A stretch of DNA of 64,000 nucleotides. Source: Planctomycetota bacterium. Lineage in GTDB: Bacteria > Planctomycetota > UBA8108 > SXIK01. The notes beneath the pieces were generated by a model. The model worked only from the letters and a program-made list of their open reading frames with translations. It made no database searches and had not been told where the DNA came from. Both the position numbers and the translations under genes were made by a program. The stretch covers positions 3,787,334-3,851,333 of the forward strand of contig CBDCXR010000004.1 of NCBI GenBank assembly GCA_965223845.1, in the 5' to 3' direction. Shown here piece by piece: positions 27,954 to 37,959 of the stretch; the first letter of the stretch is position 1; every line of letters starts with the position of its first letter.

Positions 27954-29081
27954 TCAGTAGGTCCAGGCGTCGCGTCCCGGCGAAAACACCCTTCGCTCAC
28001 CGGGGAGAGCGGCCGGCCGGAGCTCGAAAGCCGGAACGATCCCGCGAGGCCAGCCGCGGGTCTCGGCGCCTTCGTCGACGAAGACGTGATAGAGACGGGC
28101 GCCCGAGACGCGCAGCGGCTCATCGCGCTCGCGCTCGCGGCCGCGAATCGCGCGAAGCGGGATGAACCATCGCCCTCCCCGCGCCGTCACGCCCTCGACC
28201 GGCACGAGGATGTATCGCGTATCGCCGCGCGAACGAACCGCGTCGGGATCGAGCTCGACTTCGACGAGCCACTCCGGCTCGAGCGAGGCCGTGGTAGCGC
28301 GGGAACGCTCGAGATCCAAATCGAGAGTCTCGGCGCGTCCGTCCAGCGACTCGCCCAACCGGTGGCGAATCCCGACAAGGCGCGGATGGGGCCGCTCGCG
28401 GGAAGCCGGCTCGAGGTGCCACTGAAGCTCCGTCGAGATCTCCCGCTCGCCGTTCCATCGCGTCGAATGAGCCGTCGACGATCGATAGGCATCGGCGGCC
28501 TGAGGACGACTCCGATCCTGCGGCGCGGGGGACTCGGCGAGGCGCGTGGCGTTCCCGTCTACCCAAAGAGCGCCCGCGAAAACTCCGGCCACGCCGGCGA
28601 TCAAGACCGCGGCCGCGACTGCTTCGCGGTGCCGAACTCGGCGCGCGGGCATGCGCTGCACAGTAGCCGTCGCGCGATGGCTCGGATCGTCGGCGGTCTC
28701 GCCTTCGCGTCGCACGAGGCGCCGTTCGGTGCGCTCCGCCCTTTCGGCCAGTCCCACGACCGAGGTGCGCGGTGGACGACTTCGCTCGACCGTCCGTTCG
28801 CAGCGCCTACCGGGAAGCATCGAGAGAGCCTCGACGCGGGCGACGATCGCCCCGGCACGCTTTCGCCGCATCTCGGCAACGCGAGAACCGGTTCGCTCGA
28901 TCTCTGGCGCCGCCGACTCAAAGAGCGAACGCACATCCTCGTCGAACTCGTCCACCCACCTCGAGCAGTCGGCGCAGCGTCGGAGGTGCCGCCGCACGAG
29001 TTGAAGCGCGAAAGGATCAGCCAGCTCGCCTTCGCAGTAGAGCCAGAGGTCGTCGCGCAGTTGGCTACAGACGTCCTTCAT
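27954..29081 (-). CDS. membrane anti-sigma factor (zinc-finger ZAS type) with large uncharacterised extracytoplasmic domain
   Basis: N-terminal HLRRCADC (H-x3-C-x2-C). Single TM AVAAAVLIAGVAGVFAGALWV. Overlaps the sigma gene by 17 nt. No family recognised for the C-terminal ~200 aa. Confidence 0.7.
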   Translation of the reverse strand: MKDVCSQLRDDLWLYCEGELADPFALQLVRRHLRRCADCSRWVDEFDEDVRSLFESAAPEIERTGSRVAEMRRKRAGAIVARVEALSMLPGRRCERTVERSRPPRTSVVGLAERAERTERRLVRREGETADDPSHRATATVQRMPARRVRHREAVAAAVLIAGVAGVFAGALWVDGNATRLAESPAPQDRSRPQAADAYRSSTAHSTRWNGEREISTELQWHLEPASRERPHPRLVGIRHRLGESLDGRAETLDLDLERSRATTASLEPEWLVEVELDPDAVRSRGDTRYILVPVEGVTARGGRWFIPLRAIRGRERERDEPLRVSGARLYHVFVDEGAETRGWPRGIVPAFELRPAALPGERRVFSPGRDAWTY

Positions 29082-29688
29082 GGCTCAACCTCACTCGCGC
29101 GCGCCGCTCGAGCCGGGCGCGCGCCGTTCGAATCAAGTGGTCGACCTTGGAAAAGCTCACGTTCAAGCGCGTCGCCAGCTCGCGGTACGACAGCCCGTCG
29201 AAGTAGCGCAGGATCAGGATGTCGCGCTCCGCCGCCGGCAACTCGTCGAGGAGTCCGTTCAGATCTGCGCATTCGTTCTTCGGCTGCGACCATCCCTGCT
29301 GGAGCTCCTCGGCTCGCGCGGCCAGCGCCTTTCGCTCGGACCGATAACGCCGCCGGCGATCGCGACAGAGCGATCGCGCGATCTGGTAGAGCCACGGCGC
29401 GAATCGCCGCGCATCGTCCAGCTGCGCAAGGTGCGTGTACGCACGGATGAACGTCTCCTGCGCGATCTCTTCGGCGTCGGATCGATTCGACCCGAGCAGT
29501 CTGAAACAGAGCCCGAACACGGACGGCTCGTAGTGTTCAACCAACTCGCGAAACGCATCGCGGTCGCCGTCGAGCACACGCCGGACCGTCTCCCCTGCGT
29601 CGGAGATCGTCCCGGGCGGCTCAACCCGTTCGGGGTCGGGCCGGTCGGGATCGGTGCTGGCGTCTGGCCCGCGCTGCGGGTCGCGCAT
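29065..29688 (-). CDS. ECF-type RNA polymerase sigma factor
   Basis: Region 2 (FRELVEHYEPSVFGLCFRLLG...AEEIAQETFIRAY) and region 4 (ERDILILRYFDGLSYRELATRLNVSFSKVDHLIRTARARL). Start set at MRDPQ (29688). The track ORF extends to 29862 across an AT-rich palindrome that looks non-coding. Confidence 0.82.
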   Translation of the reverse strand: MRDPQRGPDASTDPDRPDPERVEPPGTISDAGETVRRVLDGDRDAFRELVEHYEPSVFGLCFRLLGSNRSDAEEIAQETFIRAYTHLAQLDDARRFAPWLYQIARSLCRDRRRRYRSERKALAARAEELQQGWSQPKNECADLNGLLDELPAAERDILILRYFDGLSYRELATRLNVSFSKVDHLIRTARARLERRARVRLSHEGRL

Positions 29689-29721
29689 CAAGCTGGATGA
29701 AGCTCGCACGTCGAAATCGCC

Positions 29722-29743
29722 CGAAAAAGGATCCTTTTTTTCG
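29722..29743. promoter_or_regulatory. AT-rich near-perfect palindrome centred on GGATCC upstream of the ECF sigma gene
   Basis: CGAAAAAGGATCCTTTTTTTCG lies ~35-55 nt upstream of ATG 29688. It is a strongly AT-rich island in a GC-rich background. Confidence 0.3.
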
Positions 29744-30025
29744 TCCCGGGGAACGCGGACGGGTGCGCTGAGAGTCCCGAGGAGATCGCGAATCGAGGAT
29801 TCTAACGTGGATGCCGGGCGGGCTTCCACTCCGTCCGGGGCGCGCCGGGACGCTGCGTCCACACCTTCTCTGGTTCCCTCCCGAGGTCGGGTTTCGGAGC
29901 TCGTCTCGCCGTCCTTCCCCCACCTGCGGCTCTCTCCTGGCCCCCTCTCACCTCGCTCCTCTGCCGTGCTCTGCGCTCCCGCGTGAATCGCCTTCTCGAG
30001 CGAGCGAGAGCAACCGAGTCCGACG

Positions 30026-31039
30026 CTAGATCCCGAAGTCGTACTGATCGATGTTCTCGCGCGTGAACCGGATCGGCTCCGAAAGGATGACCACGCGATC
30101 GTCGCGCGGACTGAAGACTAGCTCGCCGTGACCGGGAACGCTTACGCCGGGCGCCACCGGCTCGCCGCCGACGAGCCGCGCCGCGAGCCGGACCGTGAGC
30201 GAGCCGAGAGCGCGCGGGTCCCAGAGGTAAAAGCTCTCGAGGACGCCCTCCTTCACGTAGGAGCGCATCTTGTTCGGCGTCGAATTGCCCACGAGAGCTA
30301 CCGCCCCAGCGCGCCCCGTACGCTTCAAGGCCTCCGCCGCACCCGGCACGGAGTTCGAGTCGAACGCGATGATCCCGCGGAGATCGGGAACGGCGTTGAG
30401 AAGGGTCGCCACCTTCTGTCGTGCTTCGTTCTCGTTCTCGTTCGTGACGACGGTCTCCGCGAGAACGAGCTCGGGGTAACGCTCCGCAGCCCGCGCCTCC
30501 GCGATGCGACGCCACGTGTTCAGGTTCGCTGCGTCGAGGCTGCCGATGACGACGGCCCACTTACCCTTCTCGCCCATCTGGCGCGCCAGATCGTCGATGA
30601 GGCGCTCGCCGAGAACTTGGTCGTCGATCTGATTCACCATGATCTCGCGCGTGCTCTCGGCGGCGTCCGTGTCCCACGTGAGAACCTTGATCCCGGCGGC
30701 CTGAGCTTTCGAGATGAACTTCGCCATCGATTTCGGCTGATTCGGAGCGACGCAGATCGCATCGACCCGCTGACGGATCCAGGTGTCGACAAAGCGCGTT
30801 TGCTCCGCGGCGCTCGCCGTCGTCGGACCGTCGTAGATCAACTGAACTCCGAGCTCTTCCGCCGCCTTTCGCGCCCCTCGCTCGCAGGCGTCGAAATAAT
30901 CGATGTTGATGAGCTTCGGCATCATGGCGATCACGACCCGATCGCTCGACGCCCCCGAATCGCAGGCCGAAAGCACCACGCCCAAGATAGCGACGAGCAC
31001 CGACCTCACACCCGCCTCCGCCCGCGTCGATCTGCGCAT
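30026..31039 (-). CDS. CUT2-family sugar ABC transporter substrate-binding lipoprotein (LsrB/RhaS-like)
   Basis: Lipobox VLSAC. IAMMPKLINIDYFDA...LIYDGPT...DAICVAPNQP...IKVLTWDTD resembles LsrB/rhamnose-type periplasmic binding proteins. Confidence 0.82.
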   Translation of the reverse strand: MRRSTRAEAGVRSVLVAILGVVLSACDSGASSDRVVIAMMPKLINIDYFDACERGARKAAEELGVQLIYDGPTTASAAEQTRFVDTWIRQRVDAICVAPNQPKSMAKFISKAQAAGIKVLTWDTDAAESTREIMVNQIDDQVLGERLIDDLARQMGEKGKWAVVIGSLDAANLNTWRRIAEARAAERYPELVLAETVVTNENENEARQKVATLLNAVPDLRGIIAFDSNSVPGAAEALKRTGRAGAVALVGNSTPNKMRSYVKEGVLESFYLWDPRALGSLTVRLAARLVGGEPVAPGVSVPGHGELVFSPRDDRVVILSEPIRFTRENIDQYDFGI

Positions 31040-31187
31040 TCCAAACTCCTTTCGATACTCCGCATCCAGAGGTTTGGTTCCCGTACCTGTCCCCTGCTCC
31101 GATAGGCGAACGATTTCACACTCCTGGCCCTCACACCTCAAACTCTCTCTTCTGGTCTCCCGTCGGAAACGAAGCTTGCGCGGACTC

Positions 31188-32144
31188 CTAGCGTTCGCGG
31201 TGAAGCCACACTCCGCTGATCAGAAGCAGGCCGAGAAGCACAGGATCGAGGTGACTGATCTTGAACGGAAGGTTCGCGTCGCCCCAGAGCGCCGCACTGC
31301 GAAGGCCCTCCTCGAGTGCCGCGATCACCAAAACTCCGAGAATCGAACCGCGGAGGGAGCCGAAGCCGCCGTCGACCCTCGTGCCTCCGAGGACGACGGC
31401 GACGATGACGCGGAGCTCGAGCCCCCCGAGCGCACTCGCACTCACCGAGCTGTTTCTCGCCGTGAACGCAATCGCGGCAAAGAAGGCGAGACCACCCATG
31501 AGGGCGTAGGTTTCGACGAGCCTTCGCTCGACGCGAATCCCGGCGTAGCGCGCGGCGACACGGTTCCCTCCGATGACGAGGAGCTCTCGCTGCCATCGCG
31601 CCGCGCGGAGCCAAGCCCCGCCGCCGAGAAAGAGGACGAGCGTGAACACGCCGACGAATCCGAGCTCACCGAGTGCCCCGTATCCCGGGACCGAGACGAA
31701 CGGAGCCCGCTCGGCGTCACCGAGAAGCACGAAGCACAGTCCACGGAAGAGAATCATCGTTCCGAGGGTCGCGATCAGCGGCGGCATGTGGAGCCGGGCG
31801 ACGAGCACTCCGTTCGCCAGGCCCGCGGTGAACCCGACGGCAAGCCCGAGCGGAAGCGCGGTCATCCAGAACCCCATCCCACCGTCGATGCAGGCCATCG
31901 CTGCGGCGACGAGCGCCACCATCGAACCGACGGAGAGGTCGATGCCACCGGTCTCGAGGACGAGCGTCATTCCGAACGCGAGGAAGAGGAGCGGCGCCGA
32001 TTGGACGATGAGATCCGACGAGTACGAAGCGAGGTAGCTCGCGACATCGCCGACGGATGCGAAACGAGCGCCGCTGATGGCCGTAAAGAGCACAACCTCG
32101 AGAACGAGCACTCCGGCGAGAATCCAGTGGCGCTTCGCGCTCAT
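31188..32144 (-). CDS. CUT2 sugar ABC transporter permease
   Basis: MSAKRHW start with an ATGA overlap. About 10 hydrophobic segments and the RbsC-like block ETGGIDLSVGS. Confidence 0.88.
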   Translation of the reverse strand: MSAKRHWILAGVLVLEVVLFTAISGARFASVGDVASYLASYSSDLIVQSAPLLFLAFGMTLVLETGGIDLSVGSMVALVAAAMACIDGGMGFWMTALPLGLAVGFTAGLANGVLVARLHMPPLIATLGTMILFRGLCFVLLGDAERAPFVSVPGYGALGELGFVGVFTLVLFLGGGAWLRAARWQRELLVIGGNRVAARYAGIRVERRLVETYALMGGLAFFAAIAFTARNSSVSASALGGLELRVIVAVVLGGTRVDGGFGSLRGSILGVLVIAALEEGLRSAALWGDANLPFKISHLDPVLLGLLLISGVWLHRER

Positions 32145-33124
32145 CGCAGCTCCTCTTCGAGCTTCGCGCGGCGGCCGATCAAGCAATCCGCCCCGATGAC
32201 GAGCACGATCGCACCGCCGATGACGACCTCCCGCGCGTAGGGATTTACGCCGGAGTAGATCAGCGCCTGCTGCGCGAAATAGAGGAAGAACGCGCCCAGA
32301 ATCGTCCCGAGATAGCTGCCCTCTCCGCCGAAGATATTCGTTCCGCCGAGAACCACCGCGCCGACGACCGTCAATTCGAAGCCGCGCATCATGCGAGCCG
32401 GCTCGATCGCCTGGATCTGAGTGACGGCGACGAGCGCCGCGGCACCGAGGAACACGCCACCGACCGCGAACGCACTCAGAAGTATGCGGCCGGAATCGAG
32501 GCCTTGGAGTCGGCACGCCGCGGGCGAGTTGCCGCGCGCGAGCCAGCGGCGCGGAGTCTCCGCACTCGCCTCCCACACGATCGCCACCACCACCGCGACG
32601 AGCGCGATCGAGCCGGCGTAAAACTTTCCCGGGAGATGGAACGCGTCGTCGGGAACGGACACGTTGCCGCTGAACCCGTCGATCGTGAGGTCGGCGACGA
32701 TGAGAGCGAGGCCACGGTAGAGCGGGAGCGCGCCGAGGGTCACGATGATCGCGGGAATCCCCAGCGCGCGGACGAGCGCACCGTTGACGAACGAAAGTCC
32801 GCCGGCGGTGAGGAAGAGAACGGCGTAGCACGTCGCGGGCGACGCTCCGAGGTGGACGCAGACGCCGAAGAGCGTTCCGGCGAACGCGATCACGCTTCCG
32901 ACCGAGAGATCGATCGCACCGGAGCAGACGATCCCGGTCATCCCGAGTGACGCGAGCAGGACCGGCGCGCAATCCGGTCCGGCTTGCGCAAGGACGGCTC
33001 GAAACGAAGCCCCCTCTCGAAGCTGCGCCGCGATCCAGACGAGGAGGAGCGCGTTTCCGCCGAGGAGAACCCACACCCGCAAGCGAAGCGGTGCGGAGAG
33101 TCGAGACCACAACTCTTTCGTCAT
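32141..33124 (-). CDS. CUT2 sugar ABC transporter permease
   Basis: RbsC-like block CSGAIDLSVGSVIA; multi-TM. ATGA overlaps at both ends. Confidence 0.88.
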   Translation of the reverse strand: MTKELWSRLSAPLRLRVWVLLGGNALLLVWIAAQLREGASFRAVLAQAGPDCAPVLLASLGMTGIVCSGAIDLSVGSVIAFAGTLFGVCVHLGASPATCYAVLFLTAGGLSFVNGALVRALGIPAIIVTLGALPLYRGLALIVADLTIDGFSGNVSVPDDAFHLPGKFYAGSIALVAVVVAIVWEASAETPRRWLARGNSPAACRLQGLDSGRILLSAFAVGGVFLGAAALVAVTQIQAIEPARMMRGFELTVVGAVVLGGTNIFGGEGSYLGTILGAFFLYFAQQALIYSGVNPYAREVVIGGAIVLVIGADCLIGRRAKLEEELR

Positions 33125-34641
33125 CGCTCGTCGTCCTCGTCGCCGGCCCCGATCGCAGCCAGCAGCGCGTCCGCCGGAGTCCGCCGCGCTCCCGTGAGCT
33201 CGTCGACGATGCGTCCCTCCCGCACGACGAGGACTCGATCGCCGAGAGCGACGACCTCCGGCAAGTCGCTCGACACGACGAGCACCGCGACCCCGCGCGC
33301 CGCGAGGTCGCGCACCATCGCGTGGATCTCCGCCTTCGCTCCGACGTCGACGCCTCGCGTCGGCTCGTCGAGGATGAGGACGCTCGGCTCGCGCTCGAGC
33401 GCGCGCGCGAGTACTGCCTTCTGCTGGTTTCCCCCGCTGAGCGTGGCGATCGGCTGAGTCACGTCCGCCGTGACGATGCGGTAGTCGCGGACGAGTCGAC
33501 TCACCGTTTCCGCGACGCGACGCGGCGGCGCAACCCCCCAGCGCGTGATGAGATCGCTAAACCCCACGCTCAGGTTGTCCGCGAGCGAATGATCGAGGAC
33601 GAGCGCCTGACCCGCCCGCTCCTCGGGTACGAGCACCACCCCGCGAGCGAGGGCATCGTAGGCGCTCTTCGGCGACCAGGCTTTGCCGTGAAGACTCAGT
33701 GCTCCGGCACGGAGAGGCACGAGACCGAAGAGAGCGCGCGCGATCTCCGATCGACCGGCGCCGACGAGACCCGCGAGCGCGACGATCTCACCGCGGTGAA
33801 GTGAGAACGAAATGTCCTCGAACTCTCCGGAGCGAGAGATCCCGCTTACCTCGAGGACGGGCGGCCCCGGCTCCGATCGCGGACGAGGGGTTTTCTCCGC
33901 GAGCGTACGTCCGACCATCGCCCGCACGATGGTCGAGGCATCCACTTCCCGTGCAACATGCACCGCGACGAGCGCGCCGTCGCGAAGAACGGCGATGCGA
34001 TCGGCGATCGCGAGAACTTCCTCGAGGCGGTGCGAGACGTAGAGAGCCGAACGACCGCTCGCGCGGATGCGCCGGAGCTGGTCGAAAAGACGATCGACAT
34101 CGGGGCCGCTCAGACTCGCGGTCGGCTCGTCGAGAACGAGCAAGCGGGCGTCTCGTGCGACTTCCCTCGCGATCGCTACCTCCTGCTTCTCCGCCGCGCT
34201 CAGCCGGCCGAACGCCGTTCGCGGCTCGACGGCGACGCCCGATCGCGTCAGGCGGGCGAGAGCGAGCGCGTGGAGAGCCTCCCAGTCGACGGCGCCCCAC
34301 TTCCGCCGCGGCCACGGCTCGCCGAGGAGCAGATTCTCGCTGACGCTCAGCCGATCGAAGTACGTGAGCTCCTGGTGGATCGTCGCGATCCCGGCCGCGT
34401 GCGCGGCGCGGGGATCAGCGAAGTCGACGCGGGCGCCGGCGAGCGTGATCTCTCCGGCGTCGGGAGCGTGAACGCCGCTCAGGATCTTGATCAGCGTCGA
34501 TTTTCCCGCGCCGTTCTCACCGACGAGCGCGAGGACTTCGGCGCGGTGGACATCGAGGTCGATCGGATGCAGCGCCGGAACGCCGGAGTACGACTTCTCC
34601 ACTCCTCGAAGCGAACACAGCGGGCCGTCGCTCAAAGACAT
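33121..34641 (-). CDS. CUT2 sugar ABC transporter ATP-binding protein (duplicated ATPase)
   Basis: First half has GENGAGKST and LLVLDEPT. Second half has GLVGAGRSE, LSGGNQQK and ILDEPTRGVDVGA. Starts at MSLSDGP (34641). The track ORF of 822 aa is an extension. Confidence 0.92.
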   Translation of the reverse strand: MSLSDGPLCSLRGVEKSYSGVPALHPIDLDVHRAEVLALVGENGAGKSTLIKILSGVHAPDAGEITLAGARVDFADPRAAHAAGIATIHQELTYFDRLSVSENLLLGEPWPRRKWGAVDWEALHALALARLTRSGVAVEPRTAFGRLSAAEKQEVAIAREVARDARLLVLDEPTASLSGPDVDRLFDQLRRIRASGRSALYVSHRLEEVLAIADRIAVLRDGALVAVHVAREVDASTIVRAMVGRTLAEKTPRPRSEPGPPVLEVSGISRSGEFEDISFSLHRGEIVALAGLVGAGRSEIARALFGLVPLRAGALSLHGKAWSPKSAYDALARGVVLVPEERAGQALVLDHSLADNLSVGFSDLITRWGVAPPRRVAETVSRLVRDYRIVTADVTQPIATLSGGNQQKAVLARALEREPSVLILDEPTRGVDVGAKAEIHAMVRDLAARGVAVLVVSSDLPEVVALGDRVLVVREGRIVDELTGARRTPADALLAAIGAGDEDDER

Positions 34642-35606
34642 CGCCAGAGCATGAACGCGCAGTAGCCGACGAGGAGCACGCCGCCCTCGGGACGACTGAT
34701 CCGCCGCGGTCCGACGACCGAGAAGCAGAGGACGAGCACCGAGAAGAGAGACGCGGCCGCGAAGTCCCACACCCCACCGGCCGGAACCTGCACGGAGCCG
34801 ATGGACGCCGTCACGCCGAGCACGAAGAGAAGATTGAAAATATTCGATCCGACGACGTTCCCGACCGCGATATCGGTCTCGCCGCGTCGGGCAGCGACGA
34901 TGGTGGCGACGAGCTCCGGGAGGCTCGTACCGAAGGCGACGAGCGTGAGTCCGATGATCGCTTCGGGAACGTCGAGCGCCCGTGCGATGGAAGCGGCGGA
35001 ATCGACGGTCAGCGTGGCGCCGCCGGCGAGACCAAAGGCTCCACCGACGACGAGGAAGAGATTCTTGACGAGCGATCGCGGCTCGACCGACGCGGTGCTG
35101 CGCTCGACGTCGTCGCGAAACCCACCCGCTGCCCGCTGACTGAGTGCGTCCCGCGCGGCGTTGTAGAGGAAGATGCAGAAGAGGAGAAGAAGAAGGACGC
35201 CGTCGGTGCGATCGAACTCGGAGACCTGACCGCGGAGGATCGTGTCGAGCGCCATCACGAACGCCGCCGCCGTGGCGAGGAGCATCGTCGGGATTTCCCG
35301 CGGTACGACCGAACCGGTGACCATGAGCGGACGGACGAGCGCTCCGCACGCGAGCACGAGACCGACGTTCGCGATGTTGGAGCCGACGACATTCCCAAAC
35401 GGAAGCTCGGCTCGCCCCTGGAGAATGGCGCTCACGTTGACGGCGAGTTCGGGCGCGCTGGTCCCGAAGGAAACGACGGTGAGGCCGACGACGAGTGGGG
35501 AGACTCCGAAGGATCGTGCGATTCCCGCCGCACCGCGAACGAGCCACTCTCCGCCGATGACCAGCACGACCAGTCCGGTCACCAACCATAGGAAGTCGTA
35601 AACCAA
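34632..35606 (-). CDS. Ca2+/Na+ antiporter (CaCA family, YrbG-like)
   Basis: Two alpha-repeats, GTSAPEL...GNVVGSNIAN and GTSLPEL...GNVVGSNIFN, in about 10 TM segments. TTG at 35606 is preceded by GGGAG and gives 324 aa, which is family-typical. Upstream ATGs would add an Arg/Pro-rich 55-73 aa. Confidence 0.78.
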   Translation of the reverse strand: MVYDFLWLVTGLVVLVIGGEWLVRGAAGIARSFGVSPLVVGLTVVSFGTSAPELAVNVSAILQGRAELPFGNVVGSNIANVGLVLACGALVRPLMVTGSVVPREIPTMLLATAAAFVMALDTILRGQVSEFDRTDGVLLLLLFCIFLYNAARDALSQRAAGGFRDDVERSTASVEPRSLVKNLFLVVGGAFGLAGGATLTVDSAASIARALDVPEAIIGLTLVAFGTSLPELVATIVAARRGETDIAVGNVVGSNIFNLLFVLGVTASIGSVQVPAGGVWDFAAASLFSVLVLCFSVVGPRRISRPEGGVLLVGYCAFMLWRCL

Positions 35607-35826
35607 CGATGAACTCCCGCCTTCGGTCGAGCGCGACAAGTGACCGAGAGAGCCTACCGGAGGGGCGTTCGAGGATTCAAGCCCGGCGCACGAGTCAGGA
35701 CGAGCGGGGCCGGTTTGCGTTTCGATGCGATTCGCGATGCGCGGCGCGTTCGTTGGCGGCGGACGACGCATCCCGTATTCTGGTCGTTCCTCGTCAGACC
35801 CCATGCGATCCGAACTGGAGACCACG

Positions 35827-37062
35827 ATGAAGCCGCGCGTCGCCGTAGTGGCCTGCCTCGATACGAAAGGGCGCGAAACGGGCTTTCTCGCGGATCGACT
35901 GCGCGCCGAGGGCTGCGACGTTCACGTCGTCGACGTCGGGATTCAGGGAGAGCCGGCGTTCCCCGCGGAGACGACGCGGGAGCAAGTCGCGACCGCCGGT
36001 GGCACGACTCTGGGCGAGCTCCGCGCGCGCGGCGACCGCGGTCACGCGGTCGCGCACATGGCTCGCGGAGCAGCGGAAGTGGTCCGCGAGCTGTACGCGG
36101 ACGGACGGATCGACGGCATCATCGGTGCGGGTGGGTCCGCCAACACGACGATCGCCACGCGCGCGATGCAGACGCTTCCCGTCGGCGTTCCGAAACTCAT
36201 GGTGTCGACTCTGGCCTCCGGCGACGTCTCGCCGTACGTCGACACGAAGGACATCACGATGATGTACTCGGTTGTCGACATCGCCGGAATCAATCGCATC
36301 TCCCGGCGGATCCTCGACAACGCTGCACGCGCCATCGCGGCGATGACTCGCGCGGCGTCCGCGCCGGAGCCGGAGGAAACAGACCGTCCGCTCATCGCCG
36401 CGACGATGTTCGGCGTCACGACTCCGTGCGTCACCGCGGCGAAAGAGCACCTCGAAGCGCGCGGGTATGAAGTCTTAGTGTTCCACGCGACCGGAAGCGG
36501 CGGACGGGCGATGGAAGGACTGATCGCCGACGGATTCATCCGCGGTGTACTCGACATCACGACCACCGAGCTCGCCGACGAGCTCGTCGGCGGAATCCTG
36601 AGCGCGGGTCCCGACCGCCTCACGGCGGCCGCGCGGCACGGCGTTCCGCAGATCGTCTCCATCGGAGCGGTCGACATGTGCAACTTCGGCCCGCGAGACA
36701 GCGTGCCGAACGAGTTTGCCGCGCGAACGTTTTACGAGCACAATCCGACGGTGACGCTGATGCGCACCACCGCCGAGGAAAACGCGGAGATCGGACGACG
36801 CATCGCCGCGCGCGTCGGACGCTCGCGCGGTTCCTGCCGCGTCGTCGTGCCGCGACGAGGTGTTTCCGCAATCTCGACGGCGGGGCAGCCGTTTCACGAT
36901 CCACACGCGGACGCGGCGTGCATCGACGCCTTGAGGCGCGAGCTCCCGGACGGCATCCCCTGCGTCGAGCTGGACGAGGACATCAATGCACCCGCATTCG
37001 CGCTCGCGTGCGCTGACGCACTCCTCGAGCTGCTCGACGAAACGCACGAACGACCCTCGTGA
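35827..37062 (+). CDS. UPF0261 family protein (Tm-1 N-terminal-like, putative ATP-binding)
   Basis: MKPRVAVVACLDTKGRE..., GIIGAGGSANTTIAT, VGVPKLMVST, TMFGVTTPCV, VFHATGSGGRAME and DITTTELADELVGG are typical UPF0261 blocks. Confidence 0.85.
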   Translation: MKPRVAVVACLDTKGRETGFLADRLRAEGCDVHVVDVGIQGEPAFPAETTREQVATAGGTTLGELRARGDRGHAVAHMARGAAEVVRELYADGRIDGIIGAGGSANTTIATRAMQTLPVGVPKLMVSTLASGDVSPYVDTKDITMMYSVVDIAGINRISRRILDNAARAIAAMTRAASAPEPEETDRPLIAATMFGVTTPCVTAAKEHLEARGYEVLVFHATGSGGRAMEGLIADGFIRGVLDITTTELADELVGGILSAGPDRLTAAARHGVPQIVSIGAVDMCNFGPRDSVPNEFAARTFYEHNPTVTLMRTTAEENAEIGRRIAARVGRSRGSCRVVVPRRGVSAISTAGQPFHDPHADAACIDALRRELPDGIPCVELDEDINAPAFALACADALLELLDETHERPS

Positions 37063-37114
37063 CGTCGAGCGAGCCATCGCATTCGAGTATCGGCAACCCA
37101 TCTGAGGAAATCCC

Positions 37115-37945
37115 ATGGCGATTCCGCGTTCCGAAATCCTCCGGCGACTCCGCGATCAGATCGACCGTCGGCGACCGATCATCGGCGCCGGAGCGGGGAC
37201 GGGAATCACCGCGAAGTTCGCCGAGAAGGGCGGCGTCGATCTCATCATCATCTACAATTCGGGGCGATACCGGATGGCCGGGCGCGGCTCGCTCGCCGGC
37301 CTTCTTCCCTACGGCGACGCGAACGCGATCGTCGTCGACATGGCGCGCGAGGTCCTTCCCGTCGTCGACGACGTTCCCGTGCTCGCCGGCGTCTGCGGGA
37401 CGGATCCCTTTCGTGTCATGGACGTCTTTCTGCCGGAGCTCCAGCGCATCGGATTCTCCGGCGTGCAGAACTTTCCCACGGTCGGACTCTACGACGGCAA
37501 TCTACGCACGAATCTCGAAGAGACGGGGATGGGATACCGACTCGAGGTCGAGCTCGTCCGGAAGGCGCGCGCCCTCGATCTCTTCACCGCTCCGTACGTA
37601 TTCTCTCCCGAAGATGCGGTCGCGATGGCCGACGCCGGCGCGGACGTCCTCGTCCCTCACATGGGCCTCACGACGAAAGGGGCGATCGGAGCGCAGAGCG
37701 CTCGCTCTCTCGAGGAGTGTCCGGCCGTCATTCAAGAGATGGCAGACGCCGCCAAAGCAGTACGAGACGACGTCATCATCCTCTGCCACGGGGGACCGAT
37801 CAGCGAGCCGGCCGACGCGGAGTTCATACTCAAAAGGACGCGAGGCGTGGACGGGTTCTTCGGCGCCTCGTCGATCGAGCGGCTCGCGACGGAGCCCGCG
37901 ATCACACGGCAGACGGAAGCGTTCAAGTCGATCGCGATCGATTGA
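37115..37945 (+). CDS. phosphoenolpyruvate hydrolase-like TIM-barrel protein (Tm-1 C-terminal-like)
   Basis: [70 protein letters not shown] and ILCHGGPI are typical of the family that partners UPF0261. Confidence 0.85.
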   Translation: MAIPRSEILRRLRDQIDRRRPIIGAGAGTGITAKFAEKGGVDLIIIYNSGRYRMAGRGSLAGLLPYGDANAIVVDMAREVLPVVDDVPVLAGVCGTDPFRVMDVFLPELQRIGFSGVQNFPTVGLYDGNLRTNLEETGMGYRLEVELVRKARALDLFTAPYVFSPEDAVAMADAGADVLVPHMGLTTKGAIGAQSARSLEECPAVIQEMADAAKAVRDDVIILCHGGPISEPADAEFILKRTRGVDGFFGASSIERLATEPAITRQTEAFKSIAID

Positions 37946-37959
37946 TCCACGAGCAGCGC

